DNA of 64,000 nucleotides from a phage: NCBI GenBank assembly GCA_024614665.1, contig GCA_024614665.1_4861.1; one strand, 5' to 3'. Shown piece by piece: positions 54,847 to 64,000 of this stretch (position 1 is its first letter; each line of letters starts with the position of its first letter). The notes under the pieces were generated by a model. It saw only the letters and a program-made list of their open reading frames with translations, ran no database searches and was not told where the DNA came from. The position numbers and the translations under genes were made by a program.

Positions 54847-56265
54847 TTATTGGAATCCATCCAACTCACCGTTAGTATCGCCCAGAGTAATTTTTGAAGG
54901 TTGGGCGATTTGGTCAGTCGTGAGAATAATCGGTCTAATCTTAACGCTAGCCATGCCTGTTACCGCGACGGAATATGCACGTTCATCATTGTCCGTCGCG
55001 GCAAGCAGAGGACGTGGATTCGCTGCAGCGGAGGTTTCCGTAATAGGCACCACACGAAGCGATTCATTTTGGTCGATGTCCGTCAGAGTAACCACGGACG
55101 GTGCCCATGTTAATTCTGCACCTTCGTCAATCAACGGCACAGGTTCATTGGCAACATCAAACATCTCCAGGATTGGCCAAAAGCCGGAAGAGGTGTAGAT
55201 GTAGGTGTTTGAACGATAGCTCGCACTGATAGACTGGTAATACGCTTGGTCGCCACCGTTGTGGTGTTGTAGCCACACGTAATCCAGGAAGTTAGCATCA
55301 GTCGTGCTAAGAGTTCCCCATTCCCCATATACGTTCACCGACCCCAATTTGCTGGTCAGTGACAGGATAGAGGTGATTGAAGCTGGTTTACTCCAATCGG
55401 GCAGGTCGGCGTTTTCGGTGTAATACGGGATGCGCATTCTGAAATAATGCGTTCCTTCATCATCCCGTTTTACCATGTATTTCAACTGTTCAACATCGTT
55501 AGGTGTGTAAGTCGAATTCGGGCGACGTCCTGCGTCTCCGGAATCAAACACCGCACCTTTGTTGTACAGGTCTGCCCAGGTAACGTTGCAAATCGCACGG
55601 GTCGGAACAAACACTACCGCCCCATTCAGAAAGAATTTGAGCCACTTGATAGCGTAGCGGTTAGGCCAGTTGGTGCCGTTATAAAGTGCATACACCATTT
55701 CATCAGATGTGAATAACTCTTCCGCGCTTACCAGCCCAAAGAATCCGTATAACTCATTACCGGCCATTAATCCTTTTGGCCCAGGGCCCGACTTCGGATA
55801 CATCGCAATCGGTTCGTAAACATAGGTCATCTTGCATGACCCGGTATAACACAAGGAGTTAGCGTGCGCCGTCAGGGTTACAGTTTCCGGCGTAGCGTAT
55901 TTCATTAATGCAACGTTTGGACTGGTGATGTCACTCGCGGTCAAGTTCAACCCGTTCAATTCATTGAACGCCGGTAACGCTTCCGCATGGGTTTGTGCGC
56001 TACGTGGAATACTCACCATATTCGGGCCAGACTTGAACAGACTGGCCAGATTCAACCGGTCGTAATATACCGTTATTTCCCCAGCAAATCCTTTACCGGG
56101 TTTTCCTACCAACGTAATCTGTGTGTTTCGTCCGTTAACTTTTCTCGCAACAGGAACACCCCTGACCCCAATGGAGTCAGCGGTGATTTTTCCTGCTAAA
56201 CCGGGATTGTCACGCACAATTTGTTGGCAGAGCAGTTCCATTGAAGGTTCTGTATACAACCCCAT
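54847..56265 (-). CDS. family-A paralog, long (472 aa)
   Basis: GGAG RBS; ITVYYDRLNLASLFK; KSGPGPKGL...GFFGLVSAEELF; C-terminal TNGELDGFQ. Confidence 0.65.
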   Translation of the reverse strand: MGLYTEPSMELLCQQIVRDNPGLAGKITADSIGVRGVPVARKVNGRNTQITLVGKPGKGFAGEITVYYDRLNLASLFKSGPNMVSIPRSAQTHAEALPAFNELNGLNLTASDITSPNVALMKYATPETVTLTAHANSLCYTGSCKMTYVYEPIAMYPKSGPGPKGLMAGNELYGFFGLVSAEELFTSDEMVYALYNGTNWPNRYAIKWLKFFLNGAVVFVPTRAICNVTWADLYNKGAVFDSGDAGRRPNSTYTPNDVEQLKYMVKRDDEGTHYFRMRIPYYTENADLPDWSKPASITSILSLTSKLGSVNVYGEWGTLSTTDANFLDYVWLQHHNGGDQAYYQSISASYRSNTYIYTSSGFWPILEMFDVANEPVPLIDEGAELTWAPSVVTLTDIDQNESLRVVPITETSAAANPRPLLAATDNDERAYSVAVTGMASVKIRPIILTTDQIAQPSKITLGDTNGELDGFQ

Positions 56266-56278
56266 GGCTTTTACTCCG

Positions 56279-57202
56279 TTACGGTAAGACTAATTCAAAA
56301 GCAAAGAATATCGTGGTCGAGTTCCCGACACCTGAGCTGTTACTAATCACCATAGGCCCATAAGCGTACGCATAAGCGTAAATGTTGTCGCTCCATAAAG
56401 GGGCTAATGCAGCAGCACCTGTTTCGTTAGGCTGGGCAGTTGAACCTTGCGGCGGTATTGAATCGATGGCACCAAGACCAATGGGCGAGAACTGTGCACC
56501 GACAGGATACAAACGGCCCATTGTGTTTCGCCATTCACCGTTGTTGTGATCCTGTCCTGAGATAGCCGCATCGTACGGGACTGCGTAAGGTAACCGGATA
56601 CGGTACGTACGACCATCCTTCGTGACCTTACAATCTTGTTTGGTCGCCGTGGCCCCCAGCGGAACAATACTTCCGTCATCATCGGTCCCGTACATCATGC
56701 CGTACTGATACGCCATTTGTACCGAGTTGGTTTTCGAATGCATCGTCGCTGGGAAGAAGACAATTCTCCCACGGAAAATAAACTTGTGCCATTCCTGAGG
56801 GTCGTAGACAAACATGTTTCCCTGCTGCGGAGTTAACATGAGTTTTAACTCGGCAGTATTAAAGAACTCGGTATTCGGTACCGTACCGAAATAACCTGAA
56901 GCCCAGTCACCACGCAAAATAGTTTGCGGACCCGGCCCGGTGTCCGGATAGAATCCTTGCGTAATCGGATTGCCGATAAGTCGTTCACTGTCCTTCACAG
57001 CAGCTACCCAATAACGATAGGTTGTATTCTTCGTCAGGGTATCGATATTATCTACGAACTCTACCGCGTTGCCCGATAAAGTTGCGTGGGGTGCGCCTGG
57101 ATTGTAAACGTCGATTGTTGCGTTCCAACCTTCCTTGCGGTAGATTTCAATCGCGGTAAGACCTTTGCCGGCTTGGGACGGCCAGCTTAACCGTATAGTC
57201 AT
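56279..57202 (-). CDS. family-B paralog (307 aa)
   Basis: MTIRLSW...IEIYRKEGWNATIDV...TTYRYWVAAVKDSERLIG...TGPGPQTIL. Confidence 0.6.
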   Translation of the reverse strand: MTIRLSWPSQAGKGLTAIEIYRKEGWNATIDVYNPGAPHATLSGNAVEFVDNIDTLTKNTTYRYWVAAVKDSERLIGNPITQGFYPDTGPGPQTILRGDWASGYFGTVPNTEFFNTAELKLMLTPQQGNMFVYDPQEWHKFIFRGRIVFFPATMHSKTNSVQMAYQYGMMYGTDDDGSIVPLGATATKQDCKVTKDGRTYRIRLPYAVPYDAAISGQDHNNGEWRNTMGRLYPVGAQFSPIGLGAIDSIPPQGSTAQPNETGAAALAPLWSDNIYAYAYAYGPMVISNSSGVGNSTTIFFAFELVLP

Positions 57203-57211
57203 GACTGCCCC

Positions 57212-58210
57212 TTACTCGACCAGTTCAAAGATAGGGTAGTAACGCCCTTTCGTGGTGGGTGATAAATAGTTTATACGCTGAATCGTGGAAACGGGTGTTC
57301 CACCGGCATTGTTAAAAATGCCACGATGGAGCACACGGTCTTCCGCGGTGTCGTGTTCCATACAGAGAACTCCGGCACCGAAATACGTTGCCGAGGTTCC
57401 CAAATTAGCCTGCCCCAGATAATTATAACCGTTCGATGCCCAGTTAGCCCAACGCTGTTTCTTCGGCACCTCGTTAACCATCGTGTAAAGTAAATCGTTA
57501 TACTCACACGGGTTGGTTAGAGAAGCGATTTCATCATGGGTTTTCCCATTATAGTCAGCCACGAAAGGATACACAGGTGACTCGCTAGACGTCGTCAGGC
57601 CGCGAGGAAGACGCATAATGTACGTATCCCCTTTGTGGACTATCTTAGCGTCTTGTGGAGTGGCCGGTAGCGTTCCATGGCCGTTCTCTGGGCCAGCGTC
57701 GCCCGTACCATAGACTAAACCAGCTTGATAGAGGGAAGCCCAGTCCACAGGCGTATTCGGGAACTGCGACGTGTTAGATAGCATGTAATAGATCTTCCCG
57801 TTTCGGGTAAATTTACACAACGCCACACGATCGGTTAATAGATTAGGGAACATCGCCAAAAATGCAGGTGGCATTTGCGACGGAAGCCATTGCTCGTCGT
57901 AAGGAACCGCACCCATAAACCCTAAACGGTCGTTACCGTTTAGAATAGTCATTGGGCCTATCCCGCGTTTTACCTCAACGGTATATTTCTGGCTAGACGA
58001 TGCCACTGTTTTACCGTTGGCGGTTACCGTCAGAAGGTAATAATAGATTGCGCCTGGTGTGGCGGTGGTATCACGCCATTCTGTCTCGCCATTTGAGAGC
58101 GTTGCAATCGGTTCAGGCAAAGCGCTTGGTGTGATATCTTTAACATCACGGTAGATTTTTACTACCGTAGGGATTACGTTTGGATTTTTCCAACGCAAAG
58201 TAAAAGACAT
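57212..58210 (-). CDS. family-C paralog (332 aa)
   Basis: MSFTLRWKNPNVIPTVVKIYRD...GAIYYYLLTVTANG; paralog of 53845..54834. Confidence 0.6.
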   Translation of the reverse strand: MSFTLRWKNPNVIPTVVKIYRDVKDITPSALPEPIATLSNGETEWRDTTATPGAIYYYLLTVTANGKTVASSSQKYTVEVKRGIGPMTILNGNDRLGFMGAVPYDEQWLPSQMPPAFLAMFPNLLTDRVALCKFTRNGKIYYMLSNTSQFPNTPVDWASLYQAGLVYGTGDAGPENGHGTLPATPQDAKIVHKGDTYIMRLPRGLTTSSESPVYPFVADYNGKTHDEIASLTNPCEYNDLLYTMVNEVPKKQRWANWASNGYNYLGQANLGTSATYFGAGVLCMEHDTAEDRVLHRGIFNNAGGTPVSTIQRINYLSPTTKGRYYPIFELVE

Positions 58211-58221
58211 AGATGATACCT

Positions 58222-59634
58222 CTACTTAAAGCCGTCCAGTTCACCGTTAAGAGACGTTAACGGTGTCTTGTCGGGTGGCGTATACATTTCAGCGGTAGCC
58301 GCAATAGGTTGGAAGTCGACTGTCTTCGGCAGCATTAAAGCAGGCGGATGCAGTGCGAAACTGTTTTCTGAAGCAACAACTACCGGTTCGAAATCGGTAG
58401 TATCCGGATTACCGAGCACTAACGGCTTGAGACTAAATGTGTTTTCTGCGGACACGCTGCACGGTTGGAGACTGTAATCTGCCGTACCATGGATATCTTC
58501 TAAACCCAAGGTAACTGTGGACTTATCCACCAACTCTAGCACCGGGAACCAGTAGTAGTTGCCTGCGCTCGATGATTTTCCTAAGTTTGTCCAACTGGCT
58601 CCAGACAACGTCGCCATACGATGATTGGCGACGTTGGTCTTCAGTGTATCTTTCAATAAACAGAACAGCGTCCAGTAACTGTTAATCGGTTTGTCCCACG
58701 TTCCATTATACAGAAAGTTGAACAACTCAAACTCACTACCTGCTAACTCAGCGGCAGTTGGGGTGCCGCTGACGTATGGGTCTTTCCCGGCACTAGGTAG
58801 ACGAATGCGGAAGTAAAACCTTTTGTTGTCTGCGCCTGTAAAGCTAATGATGCGTCCCTGGTTAACGGGCGTCGCCGCAGGGTATTTACCATTATCGTCT
58901 GTTCCGTAAACGAGTCCATTTGTATATAACGTATTCCAGGAGATGGAGCTAGCGACAGGACTGATCGGGAAGTAAATAACCCTACCCTGGTAAAAGAACT
59001 TGTACCAACCTTCGGCACCAGAATGTACCGGTGGTAACGCACCGGCCGATATAGTGGCATTAAGAAGTTGAGAGTGTGTAAACAACTCTGCAGTTCTGGT
59101 TGTTCCGAAATAACCCGCAATAGTGTTACCTTGCAGCAACGTTTTAGGGCCAGGTCCAGAATCGGGGTAAATTGCACCGCTCGGGACGGTATAACGTATC
59201 GTTAAGCTGCCTGTAAACGCAGGGCAATTACCTGAGATATTTAATTTCAACGTCTGCGGCGAAACGCTCGGTTTAGGTAAACTTGCGTCAGGTGACTGCA
59301 AATCAGAAGCAACTAATGTAAGCCCCAATGCGTCGTTTATTGCAGGTAGCGCGTCTCGTACCGTTAAGACTGTATCTTTGATAGCCACAGTCGGCACAAA
59401 ATTAAATAAAGTGGCCAGGTTAATCCGGTCGTAGTACACGGTAACATTACCTTGTACACCTGTCCCTGGATACCCGGTGAAAACAGCTTTGGTGTTACGT
59501 TGGTTTAACGTAACTGAAGTTGGGCCGCTGGTTAAAGCAGCGATAGCCGGCGTCAGCTTAACAACTAAATCAGGGTTATCCCGATTGACTTGGTCGTATA
59601 CAAGCAGTGCCGACTCCTTCGAGTAAAATAGCAT
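58222..59634 (-). CDS. family-A paralog, long (about 470 aa)
   Basis: ORF track 58222..59679 begins with GTG inside a hairpin; ATG (MLFYSKESALLVYDQVNRDNP) with GGAG RBS; C-terminal LNGELDGFK. Confidence 0.6.
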   Translation of the reverse strand: MLFYSKESALLVYDQVNRDNPDLVVKLTPAIAALTSGPTSVTLNQRNTKAVFTGYPGTGVQGNVTVYYDRINLATLFNFVPTVAIKDTVLTVRDALPAINDALGLTLVASDLQSPDASLPKPSVSPQTLKLNISGNCPAFTGSLTIRYTVPSGAIYPDSGPGPKTLLQGNTIAGYFGTTRTAELFTHSQLLNATISAGALPPVHSGAEGWYKFFYQGRVIYFPISPVASSISWNTLYTNGLVYGTDDNGKYPAATPVNQGRIISFTGADNKRFYFRIRLPSAGKDPYVSGTPTAAELAGSEFELFNFLYNGTWDKPINSYWTLFCLLKDTLKTNVANHRMATLSGASWTNLGKSSSAGNYYWFPVLELVDKSTVTLGLEDIHGTADYSLQPCSVSAENTFSLKPLVLGNPDTTDFEPVVVASENSFALHPPALMLPKTVDFQPIAATAEMYTPPDKTPLTSLNGELDGFK

Positions 59635-59644
59635 AGGGACTCCG

Positions 59645-59668
59645 CATCGCCAAAAGAGGGGGCTCCGA
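59645..59668 (-). terminator. inter-genic hairpin (terminator/attenuator) between family-A genes
   Basis: GGGGGCTC-TTCG-GAGCCCCC followed by TCTTTTGG on the minus strand, directly upstream of the RBS of 58222..59634. Confidence 0.45.
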
Positions 59669-59681
59669 AGAGCCCCCACAC

Positions 59682-60509
59682 TTAGCTGTTATAGTGGTAG
59701 TACGCCACGCCTTTCACGCCTTCCTCATCGATACCCGTTTGGATAACCACGCGGTCGTACGATTTGTTAGCGAACTGAGCGGTGGAAGTCGGCACATCCT
59801 GAACGGTGTTACTGTTCAGTGGCCCCGCGTAGTTCGGGATGCCCAGGTCATCCAACACCTTACGCAAACCAGCCCACTGCGGTAGGCCAGAAGCATCTAC
59901 TGTCAGTAGGTTTTTATACGCGGTAAAGTCAATACCGTACGTCAACAAATCAATACACTTCTTACCGAGAGACGGTGAAATAGGCTCTTGAATCGCATTC
60001 AAGACATCCGATTTCACCGAAGTGTCTAGTACCGGTAAACCACGGTTATAACGCAACGTCGCAGAACCGATATAAGCCGGGGATGTCGGTAGCGCTACGA
60101 TGTTCTGTGTATTGGTGTAATTTGGGGTATTGGCACCCGCCAGTGAGTAGTTTTGGATATCGATTGCGGAGAAGTTTACTCCGTAAGTATCCAAGAGCAC
60201 CGAAAAGGCTGAGTGGAGGTTGGGCGCGTCAAACGTGACGAACTGCGCCTGGACAGAAGGACCCCACGGCAATAACCGCGCTAAGTTCACACGGTCGTAG
60301 TAAACGGTGATTGCGTCTCGAAATCCAGAACCCTGAATACCGCGCAAGCGTGCCGACGTATTGCGGTTGTTGGAAGCTGCATTAACGGGAACCTGTGTCA
60401 CTTTCTCCACGTAGCAGTTTGCCGGCGACGCTTTAATAGGCAGGTTTGGGTTATCCCGGTTAATGAGGTCAAAGACCAACTCGTTTGACGGCTTAGCATA
60501 GTTGATCAT
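59682..60509 (-). CDS. family-A paralog, short (about 275 aa)
   Basis: MINYAKPSNELVFDLINRDNP...ITVYYDRVNLARLL; C-terminal AYYHYNS; GAGGTA RBS. Confidence 0.6.
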   Translation of the reverse strand: MINYAKPSNELVFDLINRDNPNLPIKASPANCYVEKVTQVPVNAASNNRNTSARLRGIQGSGFRDAITVYYDRVNLARLLPWGPSVQAQFVTFDAPNLHSAFSVLLDTYGVNFSAIDIQNYSLAGANTPNYTNTQNIVALPTSPAYIGSATLRYNRGLPVLDTSVKSDVLNAIQEPISPSLGKKCIDLLTYGIDFTAYKNLLTVDASGLPQWAGLRKVLDDLGIPNYAGPLNSNTVQDVPTSTAQFANKSYDRVVIQTGIDEEGVKGVAYYHYNS

Positions 60510-60512
60510 CAA

Positions 60513-61400
60513 TTATACCTCGCTTGGATCGTCCAGATCGTTGAACTGGAGATACAACGTTCCGACGATGGTGGTACAGGTAACAGGTAGTTTCAGCACC
60601 AGCGCATACTTGTACTTCGCGTTTGTCGGCATTGCAACAGGGTCATTCAAACCAACGCTGATAACCTCCGCACCCGCCAAACCGTAGGAACCGGAGGTGG
60701 TCGCTAACCATGCAGTACCCGTAATATCTTTCAGCAGGTTAACCATATCCGTCAACGGCTGTCCGGACAGAATACCTGGCGTGTATGCCAGCAGAGCATC
60801 ACGGTACTTGGTGAAGTTATACGGGTAGGAATAAACCTCTGCAATGACCGCAGTAACGGTTTCGGAACCCATCTGACCGTTCGGGTATTTCAGACCGGTC
60901 AGGACGTTAGTGGTGACTGCAGAGACTAACGACTCATCACCTTTCACGACTTTAAATGTCGCCTGTCCAACCCAACCGATAGACTCTGGATGTGCAACAA
61001 TACGCACAGTTCCCTCAGTCTTATCGCCGTTCCATTCGATATCTGCGTCCTGCAGGTCAGCTTCTTCCAGAACAAAACCGTAACGTTGGTTCAGTCCAGG
61101 AATGGCCGCATACAAGGTTTCGTTGGATGGGCCAATCGCCAGCGTGTCACCAATCAGCACTAACAAGTCTTCGACCTTCATGCGATTGTAGAAGACATTT
61201 TTCTTACCCGACCAGGTAGAGCCCGTTACCCCATCTGCCGTAATTTTAATTTGCGTGTTACGGTTAGTCAGCGTTTCCTTCTCCGTACCACGGATGTCCT
61301 TTGGCGCGGACCAGATGATGTCAGTCATCTTAACAGCAAGCGAGTTCTGTGCGTTCACTGCTGCCAACAGGACGTCTTTAGAAGGTTGATAAATAGCCAT
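60513..61400 (-). CDS. family-A paralog, short (295 aa)
   Basis: MAIYQPSKDVLLAAVNAQNS...VFYNRMKVEDLL; ORF track. Confidence 0.6.
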   Translation of the reverse strand: MAIYQPSKDVLLAAVNAQNSLAVKMTDIIWSAPKDIRGTEKETLTNRNTQIKITADGVTGSTWSGKKNVFYNRMKVEDLLVLIGDTLAIGPSNETLYAAIPGLNQRYGFVLEEADLQDADIEWNGDKTEGTVRIVAHPESIGWVGQATFKVVKGDESLVSAVTTNVLTGLKYPNGQMGSETVTAVIAEVYSYPYNFTKYRDALLAYTPGILSGQPLTDMVNLLKDITGTAWLATTSGSYGLAGAEVISVGLNDPVAMPTNAKYKYALVLKLPVTCTTIVGTLYLQFNDLDDPSEV

Positions 61401-61410
61401 TCGCTAATTC

Positions 61411-62250
61411 CTAGTTGTTGTAGTGCAACATACACTCGCCGATTACTTTCGGGTCGTTCTGAATGCCGGTAATCAGCAATACGTTATCGTACGCTTTATT
61501 GGCGGTCGCCAAGTCACTCGTTTTGTAGCGGGTAATTGTGCAGTTCGTCGGATCAAACGACGGTACCCCACGTGCGACCAATGTGGCCATCAGATTGGAC
61601 GTGTAACCCAAATCAAAGTTACTTCCTACGTCCATTCGCCCGTTCTTAAACGAGGCCATAACCTGCACTTCATCGGTAAAGTCTTCCCCGTACGTCAAGA
61701 AGCCCATGTATTTCTTACCAGTGCTTGCTGCTGCAGGGTGGTTCAAAGCCAACAAGATGTCGTTTACCACGAGGTCTTCGAGGCTATTCTTACCCCGGAT
61801 GGACATAAAGGTGATGCTGCCAGTGTATTGGATACAGCTAGCGTTAATACGCATCGTGTTGTTTACGTTCAGATAAACGTATTGTTCTGGGATATCATCT
61901 GCAACCAGGTTTAATCCATAACGACCGTTCAGGTTCTGCGCAAACGCAGTACGTTTCGACTCCACGTTCAACCAACCGTAGGCATTCGGTGCAGTTACCT
62001 GAGGTGTCATGTTCTTAAATAAGTCGTTCAGCGACAAGCGCTTATAACGGAACGTCTGGGGACCGATATAGCCACGACCTTGACGACCACGAATGATAAT
62101 CTCAGTATTGGCACCGCTTGCTGTCGGTGTGATTGCTTTCGGCGTGCCGATGATAGCATTGTCTAAACCCATCGGTAGCACTGCATCCGGGTTTTCGGCA
62201 TTAATCGCATCGTACAGATATTGTCGCTGAGACAGACTATATAAAGCCAT
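61411..62250 (-). CDS. family-A paralog, short (about 279 aa)
   Basis: ORF track 61411..62268 begins with TTG; ATG (MALYSLSQRQYLYDAINAENP) with GAGGAGG RBS; FRYKRLSLNDLF. Confidence 0.6.
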   Translation of the reverse strand: MALYSLSQRQYLYDAINAENPDAVLPMGLDNAIIGTPKAITPTASGANTEIIIRGRQGRGYIGPQTFRYKRLSLNDLFKNMTPQVTAPNAYGWLNVESKRTAFAQNLNGRYGLNLVADDIPEQYVYLNVNNTMRINASCIQYTGSITFMSIRGKNSLEDLVVNDILLALNHPAAASTGKKYMGFLTYGEDFTDEVQVMASFKNGRMDVGSNFDLGYTSNLMATLVARGVPSFDPTNCTITRYKTSDLATANKAYDNVLLITGIQNDPKVIGECMLHYNN

Positions 62251-62279
62251 AATAGCCTCCTCGGCCAAAAAAGAAAGGA

Positions 62280-62310
62280 GTAGCCGGGAGGAGGATCTCC
62301 TCCTCCCAGC
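62280..62310 (-). terminator. inter-genic hairpin (terminator/attenuator) between family-A genes
   Basis: GGGAGGAGGA-GATC-CTCCTCCC followed by T-run on the minus strand, upstream of the RBS of 61411..62250. Confidence 0.45.
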
Positions 62311-62319
62311 GAGGCCTAA

Positions 62320-63231
62320 TTAGGCATTAAAGTGCAGGTACATGATGCCCTGGAAGTTGGTGCACAGAGTGTCATCCAGCTGCAGCAGCAGAACCTGGTT
62401 GTAAGCAGTGTTTGCACCTTCAACCGGTTTCTTAGGTTCGTCGCCTGAAGCAGTGCCGTCGTCAGCAGTAGAACCAACGTACAACACGTTAGCACCTTTC
62501 AGGTTATAATCCGCAGGCTCATCAGATGCAACCCACAGTTCCGGCACAACTTTATTCAGCTCAACCGGGAATGCAGAGTCGCCAGCGATAACACCTTTCG
62601 TCTGTACTTTCAGGAATGCTGCGATTGCTGTGCAGTCTACACCGTAAGAGTAGATGTAGCCCTGACCCTTCGCTTCGCTTGGACCATCTGGGTAAACCAG
62701 GCCGTCGAGCTTGGTTTGTGTTACCACCAGACTCAGACGTTCACCAACCTGAGGCTTAGCACCGATTTTAACCGGGATGCTGCCCAGATAAGCGTAGCAG
62801 TCTTCTTTGAAGGTAATGACATGGTCAACCGGTGCTGGGTCCGGATCGTTCGGGTTAGTCAGCGGCGGGTTGGTATTTTCCGGAATAGCCGCCGGAACGA
62901 TATCGTCTTCGGTCAGCTTCAATCCGTATTGGGTGTTCAGGGTCGTCAGCAGGTCGGTGGTGGTTTTCGGCAGTTTAACGTCGAGGTATGCGGTTACATT
63001 ACGGAACAGCGCACCGCCTTCCAGGCGATTATAAGTCACGTCCTGAGTACCGATGTACCCGGAGTTCTTTTTCGCAGTCAGGGTCATGCTGGTATTGCGA
63101 TCGGCACCTTCGTCGACAATAGGGGTCGGTGTGCCGAGCGTTATTTTAGAAAGTTCCAGTTCTGCGTCTGGGTTTTTCTCATTAATAAAATCCAGAACCA
63201 GCTGATCGGACGTTTTGTTTAAAGGTTTCAT
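62320..63231 (-). CDS. family-A paralog, short (303 aa)
   Basis: AAGGAAG RBS; MKPLNKTSDQLVLDFINEKNP...VTYNRLEGGALF; followed by hairpin terminator. Confidence 0.6.
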   Translation of the reverse strand: MKPLNKTSDQLVLDFINEKNPDAELELSKITLGTPTPIVDEGADRNTSMTLTAKKNSGYIGTQDVTYNRLEGGALFRNVTAYLDVKLPKTTTDLLTTLNTQYGLKLTEDDIVPAAIPENTNPPLTNPNDPDPAPVDHVITFKEDCYAYLGSIPVKIGAKPQVGERLSLVVTQTKLDGLVYPDGPSEAKGQGYIYSYGVDCTAIAAFLKVQTKGVIAGDSAFPVELNKVVPELWVASDEPADYNLKGANVLYVGSTADDGTASGDEPKKPVEGANTAYNQVLLLQLDDTLCTNFQGIMYLHFNA

Positions 63232-63252
63232 TCTTACTTCCTTTACTCAGGA

Positions 63253-64000
63253 TTAATCAGGGTCGTTGTAATGCAAATACAAACGCCCGCCAAAATTCAG
63301 ACAGTACAACGACAGCTCCACAATCAGCACGTTGTCGACTGCTGGGTTGGTTGGTAATTCCGCTTTGTTACGCCCGTTATAGACGACGACGGCTTCACGA
63401 AGGTTAAAGTCGATAGGGTTGCGGTACGTTGTCCAGTTATCACCGGTGACCGTTTTGAGAATCTGTGCCAGACGTTCTGTGGTTATCGCAACACCTAGCC
63501 GTTGAAATTCCTCCGCGAAATTATCAAAGCGCCAGGGATACGAATAAACTGCACCTTGACCGACCTTGATGTTGAAATACGGATACTCGTAAGGTGTCAC
63601 TGTTAACGGTTCGAAGTTTGCAGGAAGCAAGGCATCGCCTGGTAACAGCTGTACCTGTTGTTGCCCTATCCAACCTAAAGAAGTGGGCGTGGCAATCAGA
63701 TCCACACGCCATGTCTTCCTGTCGATTTCGGTATTCACCACATCTGCAGGTTTAAGGCTGAGACCGTAATACTGGTTAATTAACCCGACCACGTCATGCA
63801 TCTGGTAAACAGCATCGAGACGTGCAGGAACACGTAAAGGTTGAATCCCGTCCGGATCGGTAAACATGTCTGCGAAGTCAACACGATCGTAATACACGGT
63901 AGTGGCACCGATAGCATTAGCCGTGGCCAATGCCTGAATGCGCACCATCGCGTTGTGACCGTTAGCTTTTGCCAAGTCTTCGTCAGACGTTGGAATCGCA
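63253..64000 (-). CDS. family-A paralog, short, 5' end beyond window
   Basis: frame open to window end; TVYYDRVDFADMF and C-terminal LYLHYNDPD family signatures. Confidence 0.55.
   Translation of the reverse strand, partial: AIPTSDEDLAKANGHNAMVRIQALATANAIGATTVYYDRVDFADMFTDPDGIQPLRVPARLDAVYQMHDVVGLINQYYGLSLKPADVVNTEIDRKTWRVDLIATPTSLGWIGQQQVQLLPGDALLPANFEPLTVTPYEYPYFNIKVGQGAVYSYPWRFDNFAEEFQRLGVAITTERLAQILKTVTGDNWTTYRNPIDFNLREAVVVYNGRNKAELPTNPAVDNVLIVELSLYCLNFGGRLYLHYNDPD

Noticed and set aside
1-64000. Integrated prophage or mobile element boundaries (integrase, transposase, att-like repeats, tRNA)
   Set aside because: None recognised; gene content and packing are consistent with an internal segment of a virulent phage genome

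Overview
This window reads as a contiguous segment of a large tailed dsDNA phage genome, densely coded, with no integrase, transposase, tRNA or CRISPR array recognised. Coordinates 1-22936 are an almost all minus-strand block of early, DNA-metabolism and host-interaction genes: RNase H-fold fusion protein, DEDDh exonuclease, Rad50/SbcC-like ATPase, DarG-like macro domain protein, secreted lytic transglycosylase, several small secreted or membrane proteins, and a two-gene plus-strand island at 5088-7101. 23117-24466 holds a plus-strand unknown and a small DUF1471 (BhsA/YdgH-like) gene. 25858-40246 is a plus-strand module of four tail-fibre-like genes (1234, 1380, about 1727 and about 400 aa) that share an N-terminal module. 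40312-45685 is the most unusual region: three tandem paralogous Cys-rich ORFs (Cys at every fourth residue behind a conserved leader-like region) followed by two radical-SAM enzymes (one with a SPASM-like Cys cluster) and three unknowns, bounded by intrinsic terminators. I interpret this as a phage-encoded radical-SAM peptide-modification (RiPP-like) system, or a post-translationally cross-linked virion component. 45766-49146 holds a short family-A protein, a lipoprotein, an M15-type peptidase, a DUF1353-like protein and a GH108-type lysozyme. 49189-64000 is a minus-strand array of about 13 paralogous genes in three families (A, B, C), including a tandemly duplicated A-C-B cassette and a decayed remnant of a further family-A copy. 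All calls are from reading the sequence and translated ORFs; no database search or structure prediction was run, so domain assignments rest on recognised motifs and are hypotheses to be verified.
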